DNA of 64,000 nt from Mytilus californianus (lineage: Eukaryota). The DNA lies in assembly GCF_021869535.1 (NCBI RefSeq), contig NW_026262701.1, positions 58,590,001 through 58,654,000 on the forward strand, in the 5' to 3' direction. Below, in pieces: positions 61,216-64,000 of the stretch (its first letter is position 1; every line of letters starts with the position of its first letter). The notes under the pieces were generated by a model. The model saw only the letters and a list, made by a program, of their open reading frames with translations. It made no database searches and was not told the origin of the DNA. The translations under genes were made by a program, and so were the position numbers.

Positions 61216-61951
61216 GTTCATTTTGATAGGAGCAATTAGAATTGTGGTCCCCGTAATTGCAAAAATATAGTTATAGAAGAAGAAGAATCAATCTATTCAA
61301 TTATGTTTTAATTTGGTTAATTTTGTCCGTCCTGTCTCAGTAAAGCTGATATTATCATACAGTGTTTTCTTTTTAATGTATATCATTATACTGATCATCA
61401 TAGATGTATGTTATAAATGTAGTCAATAATGCAAATTTTTATCAAATTTTAAAAACAGAAACAATTTAGTTGCACTTAAATGTCAATTGCATCGCTATAA
61501 ATGGTCATGTGCGGCAATTTTGATCAATTGATATCCGTGTACTATAAATGTATCTATGCAAGCAAACAGGATGTAGATCGATAATGACAAATTTCTAAAG
61601 AAATATTAATTTTTTCATCGTATGAAAAATGGTTTGTCGTGCTTTGAATTCAAAAACTTAGGTTGACAGACATCCGTGTACTTTATCTTTTAAAAATATA
61701 CCTTGAGTGAATAAGAAACATATATAGCTACGTTGAAAACGTTGATGTACCTTGGTAGTATTATGGGGTATTGGTACGGAAATCCTGGTTACTTTTTTTG
61801 AAAACGATAAAAATCATCAACTGGTTTTGACGAATGACGATATGTTTATTCCTAAATAATAGTAACAGTTATATAATTTAGATACCTGACGAATCACGAA
61901 AACAAAATGATCAATTTGATGTTAAGGATAACCAAAACTTGAAATTTTATA

Positions 61952-62210
61952 TAGTCCGTTTGACTTCTATAAATCTTCAGAAAATAATTATTAAAAATTC
62001 ATTTTTACAAATAAACATTTTTTTTTTCTTGATGTATGTTAATGTATGATATATACGAACTCTGACTATGAATATCATAATTTTAGGCCAATAATCAAAA
62101 AAGTTACCCATTATGTCTCTATGTTACTCCTATTTTTTTATATAAGATACTTGATAAAAATGAATTTTTAAGAATTATTTTCTGACGATTTATAGAAGTC
62201 AAACGGACTA
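61952..62210. mobile_element. Small MITE with about 52-bp TIRs flanked by TA
   Basis: tagtccgtttgacttctataaatcttcagaaaataatt is inverted against aattattttctgacgatttatagaagtcaaacggacta. Confidence 0.8.
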
Positions 62211-62954
62211 TACCAGATGTGTTTGTATCGTTCGTTTAAAAAAAATCCAGAAAGACACGTATAAATTTCGATTAATCGTATAGTCTGGAAGCCTGAACAT
62301 AACTTTAACTACCATCTGTGGTAAAATGTGGAAACATGGTTCTACTTTTGCTGTAACAAAAGATATTTCCATTTGTTTTGGTAAAATGGCATGCCGTACG
62401 CATGGAAAATATTTGTACGGCGACGGCCGTGTCTGCCATGCTGGCTGCTAAACCCCTGCAGGTACATTTTTTATACATGTAATACATATTAGTCTGTCTA
62501 AGTAAATGGGGTTAATCTCATTCAAGTTTAACAACAAATATATTTATGGTCAACTTTGATTACACATGCAGTTGGCAAGCATAATTAATTAAAAGTATCG
62601 TAAAATCACGTGTCTATGTGTACATTGAAAACATAATTTAGCTCATTTATTTCGTTGGATTGCTGATTCATTGACGTTCTTTTTATTCGATCTTATCTTC
62701 CACGAAACTGCAATGGTTATGATAATTATCACACAGAAAAGTGTCGGCAATTTCATCAACATTAAATATGCTCATATCTGTATCCAACTGGTCAGATAAC
62801 TGCACAATGATTTAAAGAAGTTTTTTTGGTGAAAGGAAACAACTATTTTATTCACCTGAGCTTATAACAGTTCGCTGTTGAATGTATAGTTGGTTATTAG
62901 GGTGAACATCTTTTTTCTTGCAAAACAGTCTTTTACCAAAGCCAACATGTACAA

Positions 62955-63670
62955 AAATAAGATGTGGTATGCCAATGAGATAACTCTCCACAAGAGACCG
63001 AATGACACAGAAATTAACAACTATAGGTCACCGTACGGCCTTCAACAATGAGAAAAACTCATACCGCATGATCAGCTTTAAAAGGCCCCGAAATGACAAA
63101 TGTAAAACTATTCAAACGAGAAAACTAACGACCTGATTTATGTACAAAATAATGAACGAAAAATGAATATGATAGATGTAGTTTGCAGAAAGGTTTAGGG
63201 GGAAAAGATTGAAAACCTTTATCCAGGAAGCCAGTTTATAAATGACTTTACAAACATATAATACCAATTACATTGTAGGCCAATCTTCTGCAGTTAATAA
63301 TTAAAAGATTGCTCAATTGGTTGGTGCTTTCTCAACGTTTACAAATGTATAAAATTAGTATGTTTTGTAACTGAGTGGGTCGACGTAATGTAGAACGGGG
63401 AATTTTGAGTTGATGCCAATGAGACAACCAAATGACGCAGATGTTAGCAACTATGGGTCACCGTACGGCCTTCAATAACAAGAATCAATGCACCGACATG
63501 ACAAAATAAAACGATTCAAATGAGAAAACCAACAATCCAAATTTATTTAAAAAAAGAAGAAATAAACGAAAAACAGATATGATATACAGCAACAAACGAC
63601 AACCACTGAATTTTACATTTTACAGACTTCGAACTTGGAACAGGCACATGCAGAATGTGGTGGGGTTACA
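62955..63670 (-). mobile_element. Two partial family A copies
   Basis: agatgtggtatgccaatgagataact at 62960 and tgccaatgagacaac at 63415. Confidence 0.75.
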
Positions 63671-64000
63671 TATGTCTGGTACAATTTTGCAGGATTGGGA
63701 TAGAAATGTTGTCTTACGAAGGGTCACCGAAATATTCGTCTAAGAGTTATTGCATGGGTTCTTTAACATACGTTCAGAGAACATGATACACTCTCTCTTT
63801 ATAAAGTGTTGTTTATATTTTTTAGATGTGATTTAACAGACAACAAACGAGCTGTATTTGCAATGCTTTTGCCATGACTCTTACTTAAAAAGATTAAAAA
63901 CGCAGGAATCAAAAATTAATCGTTTCATCTAAAACCAAGAGGATATCACCAGGTCAATACATTATTGCACAGACGAATGCAAACAAGTTATAAAAACACT

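Overview
Eukaryotic, AT-rich, repeat-dense genomic DNA. The repeat families and exon style suggest a bivalve mollusc, probably a Mytilus-like mussel; this is inference from recall, not a database result. One multi-exon host locus runs on the minus strand from at least 54073 to 18877. I could phase about 20 exons by hand: YWTD/LDLR-class-B repeats, a uromodulin/OIT3-type D8C domain, VWDE-like segments, VWD, EGF, a single TM helix and a short tail. The nine 5' exons (1813 nt) are open, whereas the VWD-EGF exons carry four in-frame stops, a frameshift and a lost splice donor. The rest of the window is mobile DNA: a 5'-truncated APE-RT LINE, a decayed Tc1 transposon, Penelope-like RT fragments, a Harbinger fragment, many MITEs, long DNA palindromes and tRNA-like heads. 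The most striking signal is RNA-structural. At least four otherwise dissimilar interspersed repeat families share a core that matches a circularly permuted (type P5) twister ribozyme, with covarying pseudoknots and stems. An apparently intact minimal hammerhead ribozyme also lies in a host intron in sense orientation. No catalytic activity can be shown from sequence alone.
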